A stretch of 64,000 nucleotides of DNA from Aplysia californica (GCF_000002075.1 NW_004797274.1:1096433-1160432), one strand, 5' to 3'. Counted from the stretch's first letter, positions 25,588 to 38,832 are shown. Notes: a model not told the origin generated them from the sequence alone. A program made the numbers and translations.

Positions 25588-27952
25588 TTAAGATCAATAT
25601 TAATAAGAACCTACAAGTACTAGAACTTGCTTTTACTATTTTAAAAAACAGGGGAACCTTCCAAATTTGTTTATTCTTTGGCAGTGAAAGAACTTCGGAA
25701 CATCAAGTTTAAACAAAACAAAAAAATATTGGCCTTCATTTTGCCATTTAACTTAAGCTCTACAACCAACTGTAGGGACAAAAAAAAAAACGATGAGTAA
25801 TCGAACATACAATAGAAAGTAAAAATAAGAAAGACAGAGAGACAGAGGTATGTCTAAATGAGTTCAATATTTTTCCTGCATTCAGATTTAATGCCTTTTA
25901 CAGTTTCATAAAAGCAGTCATCATCATTGTAATAGAAAGTCACATCTCCATCCATTACAGTAGTCTTCGCCTAAATGAAAATGAATGCCATACAAAAGCA
26001 CACTCCGCTCAAACACACGCTTTCATTATATGAGGGAGGTTTTTTATATTAAACTCTATATAATTTAGACGTACAAACGCACGTCGACAGGTAAAGCTCA
26101 ACAAAGGGAAATTTTCGCTACTATCTGCATAGCCTGAGAAGGCAAGCCTTGACAACCGGTGAGACTGCCCCTCACACACAACAAAAAGAGTAATGGACAG
26201 TTTTCATACCTAACTTTCCAGAGACACATAGGTCTAGGACTGGTCAGGAGATATGTTGGGGTGTTGGGGGACTGAAATGTTTTTTTCAGGATGACTGTCA
26301 ACCCGGCTTCTCAATTTTCCAGAGGGGCTCATCCGTTTTCAAGGGGCATGTTACATTTATAACAATGACAGTGCATGCTCCATTTATACATACACACATA
26401 AGTAGGTACATTACATTCAGTCAACAACACGTCAGCGTGGCACTGGGATACTGTGTGACTTACGTATATTTCAGTCTGTTCTTACTTATATTATTTATAT
26501 ATTTTCCACCCATCATATTCACCTCTATATAAACTATTTTAAAATGAATCTTGTCTTGAGCCCGAGAAAAGGCCTAGCACTAGAATATGGACTGTCAAGA
26601 TTTAAATAATAAATGTGAAAAACAAAAATTATTGATCAAACTCAAAATAGAGTAATACCTTGAATGGCTCAAGTAGACCTATTATTCAGAGTGAGAGGTG
26701 TAAGAACTGTGGGAGGGCAAGATGCAGTGACACTGAAAATCTGCGAATCTTGAACAGAAAGCTAAAATATAATATAAATATAATTATAAAAGTACATGTA
26801 ATTTAGTATCAGGAGAGAGAGAACGAGAGACAGAAAAAAGAGACAAAGAGAGACATAGAGAGAGAGGGGGGGCAAGAGAAAAGCATGCACTTGATGAGGT
26901 CTCACCTTTATAAAAAAAACAACCCAAAGACAAAGAAACAAACGTACTATCACCCATTCAATGAAACGCGAACCCTCGGCTTACAAGTTATTAGTACGAC
27001 GGATCCCTATTCCTCACAAGGCCTGCACCAACACGAGCTTTGCTGTGCAGCGAGCTCTCGCAATAATCAAAATTCTAAATACTAAAATTCGCTTCCAAGT
27101 AGTTTTTGTCATCTGGTGTTGCCTTCAACCCCACCCCTCCCCCGACTGTATCTTTTTTTAAAAATCAATAATCCCACCATTCGGGAGCCCTGCCCTATAT
27201 ACTTCGCAGCACTCAGACTTTGACTGAACTTTGGCACCGGTACTCACAGTGTGATGCAAACGCACAGGTTCACTGACCGGTTACGATGGCAAGCCCAACA
27301 AGGCGCTTGTATAGCTTTCTTTTTTTCCGCAAGAGACAGCACAGGACAAATATTTATTTATTTTCATGGCGACACAGCGTTTGTAATGCACAACCTGCAT
27401 GTTACAAATGTAGCGTTAACCAGACTGCTACCAACAAATTTCAAGAGGGTAACGAAAGCGAAAGTAGATCGAGCTTCGGGTATAACACACACTTCCGCTT
27501 GCCGCAATAGCCGCCCGTTTGCGTGAAACATACTCTCAGACCGGGAAAAGCCAAGTGGATATCACAATCGCCACCGCAAAAATGAACCCAAGGACGTTAT
27601 CCAGTTTGGTTTTTCACAGGTTCGAGAAATTTTGTGTTTTCCCGGGCCATTTTACAGATTTCCTCAAATTCCCGGGTCTCTGCGATTTCTTTTAAATTCT
27701 CAGGGGATTTCCGGTCCCGGGGCCTGGCAGTCACCCTGTTATTAGGCTATTTTTCCAACTTTTGCGGAAAATTGGCTAAGATTTTGAAAATCACGAAAAT
27801 GGCAAAAGTTGCGCTGAGGGTATTAAGTTGCCCGTGCAAGTTGCGGGTGCGAATATCTGAGGACAGATTAAGTGACAATGTTGTACCATGCAACGCACCC
27901 TCACTCATTCATCAACAACCAAGACCAATTCGTTGCGCCCGGCTACAATAAT

Positions 27953-28368
27953 GGGTGATCTTGTAGTTCCGTTCGTTAAAGTCCACGATCCATTTGTTTA
28001 CATCCAGAGAAGAAATCCGGAAGTCTTGATGCCCAAATAGGCAACACAAAGAACAGGGATGCAACTTAACTGCAAAACATCAAATTATGGTAAAATTCAA
28101 CCCCCCCCATCCATATTTTTATTAGGTCAGGGGGGTAGCCCCCCTGAAACACCCCTACTCTTGACTCTAGGGGCCCAAACCGACAAATAATAATTGGGGG
28201 TGGGAACTGCCGAAAAAGCGCCATTCTTTGCTTGAATTTTTATTTTCTCTGGCTTCAGTGTTTCCTTCTAGTCTCACGCTTAGTTCACTCCTCAACAATT
28301 ACCTGGCAATTCAGGGTCTCTGACGTTCAGCTTTGGACTTTTTAACGAACGAAACTACGAAATCACCC
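27953..28368. mobile_element. MITE with ~35-bp TIRs
   Basis: GGGTGATCTTGTAGTTCCGTTCGTTAAAGTCCA vs TGGACTTTTTAACGAACGAAACTACGAAATCACCC, with AATAAT on both flanks. Interior is related to repeats at ~30080-30620. Confidence 0.75.
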
Positions 28369-28409
28369 AATAATGACAATGAAGTCCTCAAATCAAACCT
28401 AGGCGGAAG

Positions 28410-29975
28410 TGGCTTTCCTCACCGGGGTGAGAATAAAAATACGATCGACCTCTCACCCTGGGTGAGACATGCCAGCGTTAGCTATTCTCATCCTTTTTTC
28501 AAACAAGACCTGTTTTTTCCTAATTTCGGAATACTGTCTTCTATCGGTGTGGATGATAAAATTGACAAAAGCAAAGAAAAAATGACGTTATAGCACAAAA
28601 GTAAGCTAATTTGACTGTCTACAAAGATGCTATGGCTATTTCACTATTCGAATCGAGCCTAACTAAGCGGGTCGCCATTTTGTTTTGCCCGGAAGTCCTC
28701 GCAAGATCTACTCCTCCTCTCTCTCTTTCTGAATACTGTCTATCGGTGTGGAAGAGCAAATTGACAAAAACAAAGACAAAAGTGACTTTAACTCTTATCC
28801 TGCGTCTGTGCTGAGAAGCGAATCTTATCAGCAACCACTTACGTCAGACGTTCTGGGCAGGTCGCCGGGGTCTCTCAGTGTGTACTGTGGGTGTACAGCG
28901 CGCGCTCCTGGAAACGTGTGATTTCGCCATGAATACCGTGGAAATGTGTTAATCGATTATGAAAATAACACTGTATCTTTCATAGCTTTCTATTTATAAA
29001 GTGTTACAAACACATGAATAACCCCCTCTCATAGGCTGATAAGACATTATGAGTAGTTACACCCGCGAATAACCTTTCTAGACGCTCTTGTTGTATATGA
29101 ATGACCTGGGGTTCAAAAGGGGATAATATTTATATAAGTCAATTTCCAAATGTTTTGCACTCAAATTGTTTTTTGTACCTGCACAATGGTATTCAAAATT
29201 ATCAAACAAGCTAATTTTTTATCAAGTAGAGATTCTAGTATCATTTCAAACAAAATCAAGTTCATTTGAAAGATTTTGTATAGAGAAAAAAGGAAGTCTT
29301 GTTTCCTGACTATCCTTTCGAGCTCCTCATGTCTAAGTGGGTCAATTTCTTTTAAAATTTCATTTGACGAACATCTAGAGCTACCAACATGGTGTGTTTT
29401 GAAAGAGACGTATGCCTCGGATACAAACCAACGCAGGCGGTTTTAGAAGAACCTATAAACGCACACAAACTCAAGCAGACTAGACGCACACACACTTGAG
29501 CTGCGTGAATGCGGATCTGACGTGGGACCAGAATTGAACGGGAGATGATGCTCAGGGGCCAGACTGATGTGAGACCAGAACGCAGGCGAGGTGCCGACTT
29601 ACGCTTATCGGGTGACATAAACCCGGTCCCTGCAGGACGAGGGTTAAAACACAAAAGTAAATTAATTTGGTCGTCTACAAAGATGCTACGGCTACTCAAC
29701 TTTCGAATCGAGCCAAACTAAGTGGGTCGCCATTTTGTTTTGCCTGGATGTTCTCACGCTACTCCTCTCTCTCTCTCTTTCTCTCTCGCTGCCCACAGAC
29801 TAAGTTGCACGCTTTCAACAAAAGAACACTGGAACGTTTGTTCACGGCACAGAATTCAACACCTGTTATCAGTGGTTCACGGTGAACGCTACACTGGTTG
29901 GCCTAGGCTATTACGATGAGCGCACACCGGGTAAGAATAGCCAAATGGCTCGCCAGCTGCGCTATTCTCACCCAT
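28410..29975. mobile_element. Hairpin/tandem-core non-autonomous element (TATTCTCACC family), interrupted by a piggyBac-like insertion
   Basis: CTCACC..GGTGAG hairpins at the left end, ~200-bp core repeated, GGGTAAGAATAGCC near the right end. Second copy at 30932-31398. Confidence 0.65.
28792..29643. mobile_element. piggyBac-like non-autonomous element (~850 bp)
   Basis: TTAA|CTCTTATCCTGC ... GCAGGACGAGGG|TTAA. The host repeat resumes directly after it. Confidence 0.75.
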
Positions 29976-30079
29976 GCAGGGGATGCAGTTTCACTCAGGG
30001 TGATCTTAAACTTTAGCACGTTAAATCCTTCAATTGAGGACTTCCGAAACGAGCGACCACTATCAGATCTGGATCAAAA

Positions 30080-30630
30080 TTCGGCGCTTTTTCGGTAGTT
30101 CCCACCCCGCAATTGTTCACGGGTTTTGGCCCCAAGAGTAGGGGGGTTACAAAAATAGGAAGGGGGGTTTCAGGGGGGCATGCCCCCCTGAATTTTACCA
30201 CAATTTAATGTTTTGCTGTTGTTAGGTTTGATTCTTAGCTCACCGCGAATCAAACGTATAGATCTAGATCTAGAAGTAGGTCAGGCTCAAATAAGGGGGG
30301 TGGGAACTACCGAAAAAGCACCCAAAATTTTATGTCATCAAGATTATACTCAAATGGCTTCCAAAATCATGATGGAAGACTGAAAATCACGGTAAATTTT
30401 TACTTTCACTCCCGCACACAGATGCACTGTTTCAGGGGTCAAACTACTGTACTGTTTGCTGCAGATCACACATAAAGCCACTAAAACTGTCGCAAAGCAA
30501 TTATTTTCAAGACAATTTCAAATCTAATTGTAAAATATCAAATTATGGGTAAAAACAGGGGGGCATGCCCCCCTGTAACCCTCCAGATTTTCTTTTACCC
30601 CAGTGGGGCAGGCCCCCCTGGAACCCCCTG
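30080..30630. mobile_element. Fragments of GGGGTGGGAACTACCGAAAAAGCGCC family DNA element
   Basis: Motif and GGGGGGCATGCCCCCC hairpins occur in both orientations and also at 28075-28222. Confidence 0.55.
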
Positions 30631-30931
30631 ATTGGTCCAAAGCATGTCTATCTCGGTTAAAAACAATCGAATATTTAAAAAAAAACTATTAATTTGCGAC
30701 GGAAATGAAGTTGATATTCGTGTTCAGCGCATCAATATTTAGTGGAAAATAGACAACTGGTAGCTGAGTGTGAGACGGGAGGGAAAGTAAAAAAATACCA
30801 AAATCACTGTTATACGATCTGTTCATGACAAAATTACGGTAGTTTGCACATTTTTAGGCCCAGTTCAAAGTTTTAAAGGTCTGAGTCAGAGATTAGATCT
30901 AGACTAGATCTAGATCTAGATCTAGATGAAA

Positions 30932-31398
30932 GTGGCTATTCTCACCCGCCCGGAAGTTCTCGCAAGATCTACTCCTCCCCTCTTCTCTCTCTCTCTGTCT
31001 CTTTCTGAATACTGTCTATTGGTGTGGACGATCAAATTGACCAAAACAAAGTTAAAAATGATGTTATAACACAAAAGTAAATTAATTTGGTTGTCTATAA
31101 AGATGCTACGGCTATTTAACTTTTCGAATCGAGCCGAACTACGCGGGTCGCCATTTTGTTTTGTTCTCTCTCTCACTCTCTCTCTCTCCCCTGCCCACAG
31201 ACAAAATTGTACGCTTTTAGTAGGCTACAAGTACAGTTGTAATGGAACGTTTGTTCACAGCACAGAATTCTACAATTTTTCTCTTATCACAGTGTAGAAT
31301 TCTGTGGTTTAGGGTGAACGCAAAATTTGTTGACACGCGCACCAGGTGAGAATAGCCACAAGACCCGCCTGCACTATTCTCACCCCGGGTGAGAATAG
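30932..31398. mobile_element. Second copy of the TATTCTCACC hairpin element, flanked by (TAGATC)n
   Basis: Perfect 15-bp IR 30932-30946/31345-31359; 12-bp-stem palindrome 31374-31398. Confidence 0.75.
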
Positions 31399-31959
31399 AG
31401 GTGGCCGATCTAGATCTAGATCTAGAATCTAGTAGACGTAGACTTTGGCTTTGGGAATTTAATGTGCTAAAGTAAAAGATCGCCTCACTCAGCAGCGACT
31501 GTGACAGGTGAAAGAAGTGTCAATCCGATTATACACTGTACTACAAGCTACAGATTAGCTTTGTAACCTTGATTTTGACTTGAACTTTTAGTACACAAAC
31601 AGCAGCAGTTGTTCAACAAACACTCGTCAAGATTCAGTTCATAATAGTAAGACAGAGGGGGTGACGCCAAGCTCAGAAATATACTTCATCTCAACAACTT
31701 TTATCTAAATTTTCTTATTATAAGTGGATTACTTTACTATCATGAGTAGCCAAATGCATGACACCTCTTTTCAGTGTGTTCATATTGAGAGCATCATGAA
31801 GCGCTAACAAGATTTCCACGCGAAACTGGCGAAAACGTCTGTACAAAGTTTGTTGATTTTGATACCGACTCTTCGTGTTTTGTTGTTCTCGGGAACAAAG
31901 GACAATGTCATTTGACTCTTGGACATTAAAACACACATCATAGATTTTCCAAAATATAC

Positions 31960-32115
31960 CTGAAAATTCCGTTCATATGAAAAAGTTCAGAAAAATATAA
32001 AAAGCAGACTCCGTGAACTTCACGTTGTGAAGCAATCATGCAGTCGATGTTTTCGTTAGGAGGACCGCCATTTTTTTTCCTCAATGTGAGTTACTTCCCG
32101 TACGCATGCGCACAA
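31960..32115 (-). promoter_or_regulatory. Putative WAPL core promoter and non-coding exon 1
   Basis: YY1-type AAAATGGCGG (~32065-32074), ACTTCCCG (Ets-like), TGCGCATGCG (NRF1-like, ~32103-32112). Donor CAG|GTATAT at 31959; would splice to the acceptor at 24760. Inferred, no RNA data. Confidence 0.6.
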
Positions 32116-33727
32116 CGCTACGTAAGGTAAAGCTATGGCTTATTTGATTGCCGTTCACTTTCGAATGTTGTGTTTGATCAATGACAATTTACAAGGAACA
32201 GAAGAAATTTCTTTTGTAAAAATAATTTCAAATGGCAGTAATTCAAGAAAACTACTTTAAAGTATAAACCAAATTGCTTTTTAAAAGACTAGTATTGGTG
32301 AAAGAAGGGACATAAATCTTTTCGAGCCATGGAAAATACACAAAAAACATGGTTGCCTCCCCTATATAAAAACGCCAAAAATAATAATTTCCCGGGTTTG
32401 ACTTAATTTTAAGATGCTCTTTTACACAGTGATGTGAGAACGGTGGCATTATTTTACAACCCTTTCAATTGTGAGGACTGTCTTAGTGTTTAATTTTTCT
32501 TTATTGTAGAGACACTTGAAGGAGGTTACAGTCTCATACGTTCTCTTATGATCCTACCATTTCTATACCCCACGATAGATTTAAACATTTATGGGTTCCT
32601 GTTACCCATCTTTTTGATCTGACTTCACGTATCGGCTTATACGCTCTCCCCCCCTGTATTTCCATAAAATTGGCATGGGATTCAGAATTTTCCATGGTAG
32701 ACGAAATGAAACGAAATGTGTATCATTTCTCTTGATCTTGATGTGAGTATTCTGCCCAGGTCTCACCCCCAAGAAAGCACGTTTTGGCACATTTACGTTT
32801 TCATCTTGAAATCAAGATTCCGTTACACCAAACTTTCTTTGATAGTTTGCTCATGGTTGAGGGATTTGTACCAAATCTGTTGTTTAACTCCTGATCAAGT
32901 GTCTGCTTGTTGTTGAGCTAAGAGCCCAAGTATGTGAAGAGGTCAGCTACTTTTAAACTTCATTTCCAAGGTTCTTTCTGGTTGTTCTGTAGTCCAGTTT
33001 CTCCTGCATAGAAAATTTGCATTTAAAAAGAAAATACTGCTTGCTATTGTTCCCAAAAACCAAATCTGTCGCACGCAGCTCAAAAAGAACCCATCAGATT
33101 TTGCAGTACTTCCCGTCGGTAAGCAGGTCACAGCATCTGCATCATCATCAGCACGCGAGCACACGCACACACACACACACACACAAACACATACACAGAA
33201 AAAAAGAAAAAAAATCAGTTCTCTTATTTAACCTGATCCTTTTCTTTTCCATTTATGTTAGAGCACTGTAGAGTTTGATATTGGAGCGACAGTGGGTGAC
33301 CACCCACTTTAAAACCAACAACACAGATACTAAACACAACTTGGCAAAGAAATACACCAAGAAGAAATGTCAAAGTACAAGAAGGAGATGAGACCACCAC
33401 CTGATCCATGCATCTCTATGTGCGACCTGGTTGGGGAAATGTCCTTTTATACCCAGTGCACACCGCCAATCAGATTCATTGAACTGAGTCCAGGCCAGCC
33501 AGATTTTCATTCATATAGAAGGGGAAAAAGCTACCATTCAGACGCAATATGACCAAATTCAACTAAATTCGACTGTGACTTTCAAAAAATCAAATGTGTT
33601 TATTTTCAAGGTCACGGGTCGAATTGGTAGTATCTGTACTTATAGATATAATGCAAACTTTCTCTTGAAAAAAAGTTGAGAACAAAATACAAGAGAGCAG
33701 CTCATTATAAAACATTAGAAAAATATG

Positions 33728-33733
33728 TTTATT
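33728..33733 (-). terminator. Candidate distal poly(A) signal of ERLIN (3' UTR ~7 kb)
   Basis: AATAAA followed by U/GU-rich sequence (TTGTATTTTGTT), ~1.6 kb before the putative WAPL promoter. Confidence 0.45.
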
Positions 33734-36700
33734 GAGGATATACAACAACAGGTTTAACATTAACATATTATGTTAATACAAACCATGGAAATGAAAGGAA
33801 AAGTAACAGATCAGGCAAAAGTGGTGAACATGGACAAAAGAAATTATAAACAAAAAATGCAACACATCTACATTCAAAACAAGAACTGAAAATATTTCCA
33901 AACTTTCATTCAGGGGTAAAAAGCATTCATAAACAGTCATCTTAATCAAACAATGCTCTTAGAGCATGAAATGCTGACACCAAACCATCTATGAATTATT
34001 ATAATTATACCATTAAAAAATAACAAACCTATCTCATCGATCAACTATGGAAACAGAAATCTTATTTCTTAATTTGCATCTCTATATTAACACATTTGTT
34101 CATAACATTTACAAGTAACAATCTAGAGTTGTCAAATTAAGGATGAAGAAAAGCTCAATTTTACTATCCTTTTAAGATCATAAGATAAATCCAAAGTTGT
34201 CAAGTTGAAGCCAAGAGAAGTATTTTGACACAATAGACGTCATTACGTACCGCAGAAAAAGCAAAAGTAGACATACAAAAACAAAAAGCTACTAGCGACA
34301 CCCTCCAACCATCAATATTCCATTGCTGGACTCTGAATCCGACTAACTGAGTAAAAACTTTTGTTGAAAGGCTTTGACTCTTACGAAAGTGACTAAAACC
34401 CAGATTATTGTTCCATCCATGACATTGGGTATTCAATCATGAATTCTGGCATTTGAGAAGAATCATACAAAAAAGGTGAACCACTCAAACACCTGGCTTT
34501 AGAGAAGCAACTGTAGAGCATTTAATAATCAGGCGATCACATGAATTCAGCAAGCATCACTCTTCGGGGATATTACACGTACAGTAATATGAAAATAAGC
34601 TCAAATTGTAAGTCAGTCCTTTCGTCCATCTTCACATCACGACAGTCTTCCACTCGCCTGCTATGAATGTCTTGTTTATAAACTTATCAAAAACTTCTTT
34701 CTTACATACAAATAATATAAAATTCTGAACCAGCACATCAAAATTAATTAAATGACTTGCAAATACCTCTTTTCCTTGCTTAATTCTAAAGAACACAAAA
34801 TTTTATTTCAGTTGACAATGATCACCATTGTCATTTCCATTTTTTCCCCATTCTTGATCATAGCATGTTACAATAAACCAGCCATATGATTGGCCACAGG
34901 CTGGCAGGAGGCTAAAATTAGTATGTTATACCCATACATTTAATACCCCCTTTATCTAGACGTATTTTTCCAAACCAAGTATTGCAAAAAATACAGAGTA
35001 GTGTCTTCAAATGAAATACGAGGCCATAAAGAACAATCTGACATAACATTGCACAGTGAAAGTTGTCACACACTGTGCTTCATCCTGCCTGAAGGCAGGA
35101 CATGAAAAATACCTTAGGAAAAAAAATGAAACCCTTAAAAAAACACTATTTACTTAAACAATATGAATCATAAGACACCGCTATAATTTCTCAACAATCG
35201 TATTAAAACGATAACTTGCACAATGACATAAATGTGTGGAGTGAGACAAAATCACTAAAGTCTCATTCAAATTGATAACTCATCCCCAAAAAAATTTTAC
35301 AACACATGTGCATCAAAAATATTCCAAAGACATTTCCTGAAAGTTGGAAACTTACCTGTGTTCATTAGAAAGTATAAATCTATGAACATCTGATTGCAAC
35401 TCCAAACAAAATTTATTTGACAAATAAATCCAGTAGACAATATTGACGATCCTTAGTTAATCAAATAATAGACTAAAAAGAGTTCAAAATCAAACCAAAT
35501 CCAGCAGACAATATTGACTATCCTCAGCAAACGAAATACATTTTAACTCTTTAAAATAAGACTTAATTTTTTTAAAAGTCCAAAACCAACCAAAAGCTAC
35601 AAGCAGGAATACGCGTAAGCTTAATCTAGAAAAAGAAAGATGCAAAAGTAAGATAGAGGTGCCAGCACACTTTAACTATAGTATCATGCATTCATTGACC
35701 CTAGTGCTTCATTATTTCTTTGCAGGCATAGCACTAAGCCAGGTCTCTCGTACAGAGTTAAGACCATGATACTATACCTAAAGCGACCAAGATAATTATA
35801 TCACAGGAAAAAAAGAGCACCTCAGCTTCAAAACTGACCAATATGTGGTCCTTTTTCAAATAGTAACAAATTTTTAAAAAGAAAAAATTAGTAAATAAGG
35901 GTTCAGTTTACATCTATGTAAGGCGAAAAAAATTCATTAAACATCCATTACTAACTCTATTCGCTTGTCTTGCACACATTAAAGGAGGGGAACACTAAAG
36001 CAGAGAATGTTAGGGGGGGAAAAAGAACAGAACAATTTTGTTCACTTTTTGATAACGTAATAATCGAAAGCACAAAATCGGATGACAGTTTTGAACAGGT
36101 TCAACAGAAGGGGACAAATAAAAGATTTATAATTATATTCATTCCTTATTTACACATCAGCTTAATGTCAGCATCTATTATTATCAATTCTAAACTTTAT
36201 ATCTTCCAGTTCTTGAATTCTAGAGAGTATAATTGTCTGTTTAGATTTGGTATCTGCACCAGCATGCTCTCATGCATTTAAAACACAAGCTTTCCCTCAG
36301 TTCAGACTGAGCCAGGAAAAATTCACTGTGGAGACAAACAAACAAACATGGCCTTTTTTTAACAATGGCATCCCTATCCAAATATTGCGACCAAAAGCAG
36401 CTCACTTGCTTTGTGGGTATAATATAAACCTCAACAACAAAAAAAGTAAAGACTTAGAAACCAACGGTATCAAGAAAATAATAAATTAAATAATGTGCAA
36501 GAATGTTTACAATGAAACCAGAAGGAATAACACAACAGTCAGACTTTGATTAAACTTGTTTTTCATGGCCTTACAAACAGTGTAGACATGAAACTGCCAA
36601 GAAGCAAATGAAGACGACAACAATCACACTGAACATAAACTATCACGGAAATGCCCTACATAAGTGAAATTTATTTCTAATCTATCATTAAATTAGGAGG

Positions 36701-37674
36701 TAATGCACTTTTATATAGCCCAACAAACTGAAGATGTTTATAGATGAAGTTAGAATAAATTATACATTCCCTCATTACACAATCATGCTTGAAGTTGAAC
36801 AAAATAAAGTTGACTGCACGACACTAAAATCTGCAACGGATTAGTCCGATCAGAGTGATGGCGCTATACAGCAAAAAAAGATTGTGTCATAATACCCACC
36901 TAAAAAGGAAGGAGGACATATTGCACTAAAAACCTTCTTCAAAACTGACAAGTGCGGAGGTACCTATGTTGTTAGGGTTTTTATGGGGGGTTTTTCCATG
37001 TATCATCACTTTAGAAAGAATTAGAATAACTCATTGAAATACTGGTAACTTATAAAATTAACACTTTCGTCATCAAATTAAAGATGTTGTTGAAATTCAG
37101 CAATAATAAGGTGAATTTAATCCACATGAGAAACGGAAAAGAATTTGATTCAGAACAATGATGTCCAATTATTAAGGGATTGTTAGGAAATATCAAACCT
37201 AAATAAACTAGGCATGTAAAACCCATTATTCAGAGAGCAGTATACATGGCAAAATCGTCAGACTATGGAAAACGCCTCGGAATGAGACTTTCTGGGCAAC
37301 TAGGAGAAAGATTTAATAAAGAAACATCAATCTATGACAAATTTTGTGAAGTGCTGCTAGTGTTGTGTACACTTGAGGTGCAGAATAGGTAACTTCAAAG
37401 TTGGAGCACTTGGGCCTGTAATAGAATACCAGGGTGAGAAGAACCATTTCAGAATTCGAAGAAAAAAAAATAAATAAATAAAAAGATAGGATCGTACTCT
37501 ATTTGAACCTCAAACTTCTGCATTTTGTTTGAAAGTCAGTCATCAACTGTGTCATCAGCAGCTAAACAACATCTGCTTTGGAACACACACAAAATTATAA
37601 GATAAAAAAAACCTAATCAGCAATGCATCATACCAAAGACATAGTTCACCTACTAAGTCCACATGAACTTTTAA

Positions 37675-37912
37675 CCCTATCTGTACGCCCTGGGGTTATT
37701 TTGTACCCCCGGGGTTGTATTCTTCACATTCTAGAATACTTCTAGACGAAGATCTCTTTGAAACTTTCAGTATTTCTCAAAAAATCATTTCGACAGACTG
37801 CTATGCAAAGTGTACGGATCGGATTAACGAGTAAATTTCCTCTTTGAAAGTAGTGGCACAGAGTTCCCCACGTCGTATGGATACGATAATAAAACACGAC
37901 GTACAGATAGGG
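37675..37912 (-). mobile_element. piggyBac-like MITE, inverted copy of 25348-25587
   Basis: TTAA|CCCTATCTGTAC ... GTACAGATAGGG|TTAA. Confidence 0.88.
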
Positions 37913-38507
37913 TTAAAGTACAATTTGGTGGAGAAATCTAGCTCGATGATTACACTGATATATGAGTATAAATAACATGAATAGAGAACTGGGTACATAA
38001 TCATTAGTTCCTGAAAAAAATTATTGGCGCTAACTAATTATTGGAATAACCACAACAGTCTAATGCTTGAAATATATATCACACGATAGGGATATCAATA
38101 CGTGAAACAAAATCAAAGTCCAGATCAAAAGTAATGAATGAGGAAAACAACACTGAGATTTCTACAATCACACTGCAATCTCACAAAATCAGTTCATTAT
38201 GTCAGCCTGAAAATAAATTCACAGGGATATCACGTCAAGGGAGACATTCTACAGGATTTTTCAAGAGATCCATCCCCAGAAAGACTGAAAATTTTTCTTA
38301 AGTAAAAATTAATTCCTACAGTGGGAGTGGGTATGTACGGTTTGTATTTGAAGCTATATTTTGATCTCACAGAGGATATAAAATATAATATAGATGACAC
38401 CCTAAAAAATGACCCCCACGATCTCCATGCACTAACAAAGAGGACTGACGATTCCACGCGACAACTAAAGAGATTGGCCCAGGAGAAAAGCTTGCTTTTT
38501 AATCTTT

Positions 38508-38832
38508 TTTAGTTTTAGTAAGAGTTTTACGGCACTTGCAGAACAAATAGATTGAATGAGTGCCAAAGAGTAGAGGCATTACGAGAGAGTAACATACATA
38601 TAAAAAAGGAGGAGAGAAAAGGATGAAAGATGTTAGGTAGGAAAAGAGTGAACCGGACTCCAGAAGGGGAAGTGAAAATGATGAAATTGATTTTTTGTTC
38701 CATTACAGTAAAGAGAAGCACATTGAGAAGCACATGATAACAGTCACTTAATGCTGGAAAAGAGACAGACAGACAGAAGCAACGAAAGAAAAGAAGTAGA
38801 ACCTACCAGTAGCACCCTCCAGCCACCCACCT
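38508..38832 (-). mobile_element. SINE-like family A copy (split by ~150 bp of other sequence)
   Basis: Tail TTTAGTTTTAGTAAGAGTTTTACGGCACTTGCA at 38508; head AGCACCCTCCAGCCACCCACC at ~38810-38831. Confidence 0.7.

Noticed and set aside
26287-27738. Single hAT element bounded by CAGGATGACTG...CAGTCACCCTG
   Set aside because: TIR match is imperfect and there is no TSD; probably old fragments, boundaries unsupported.
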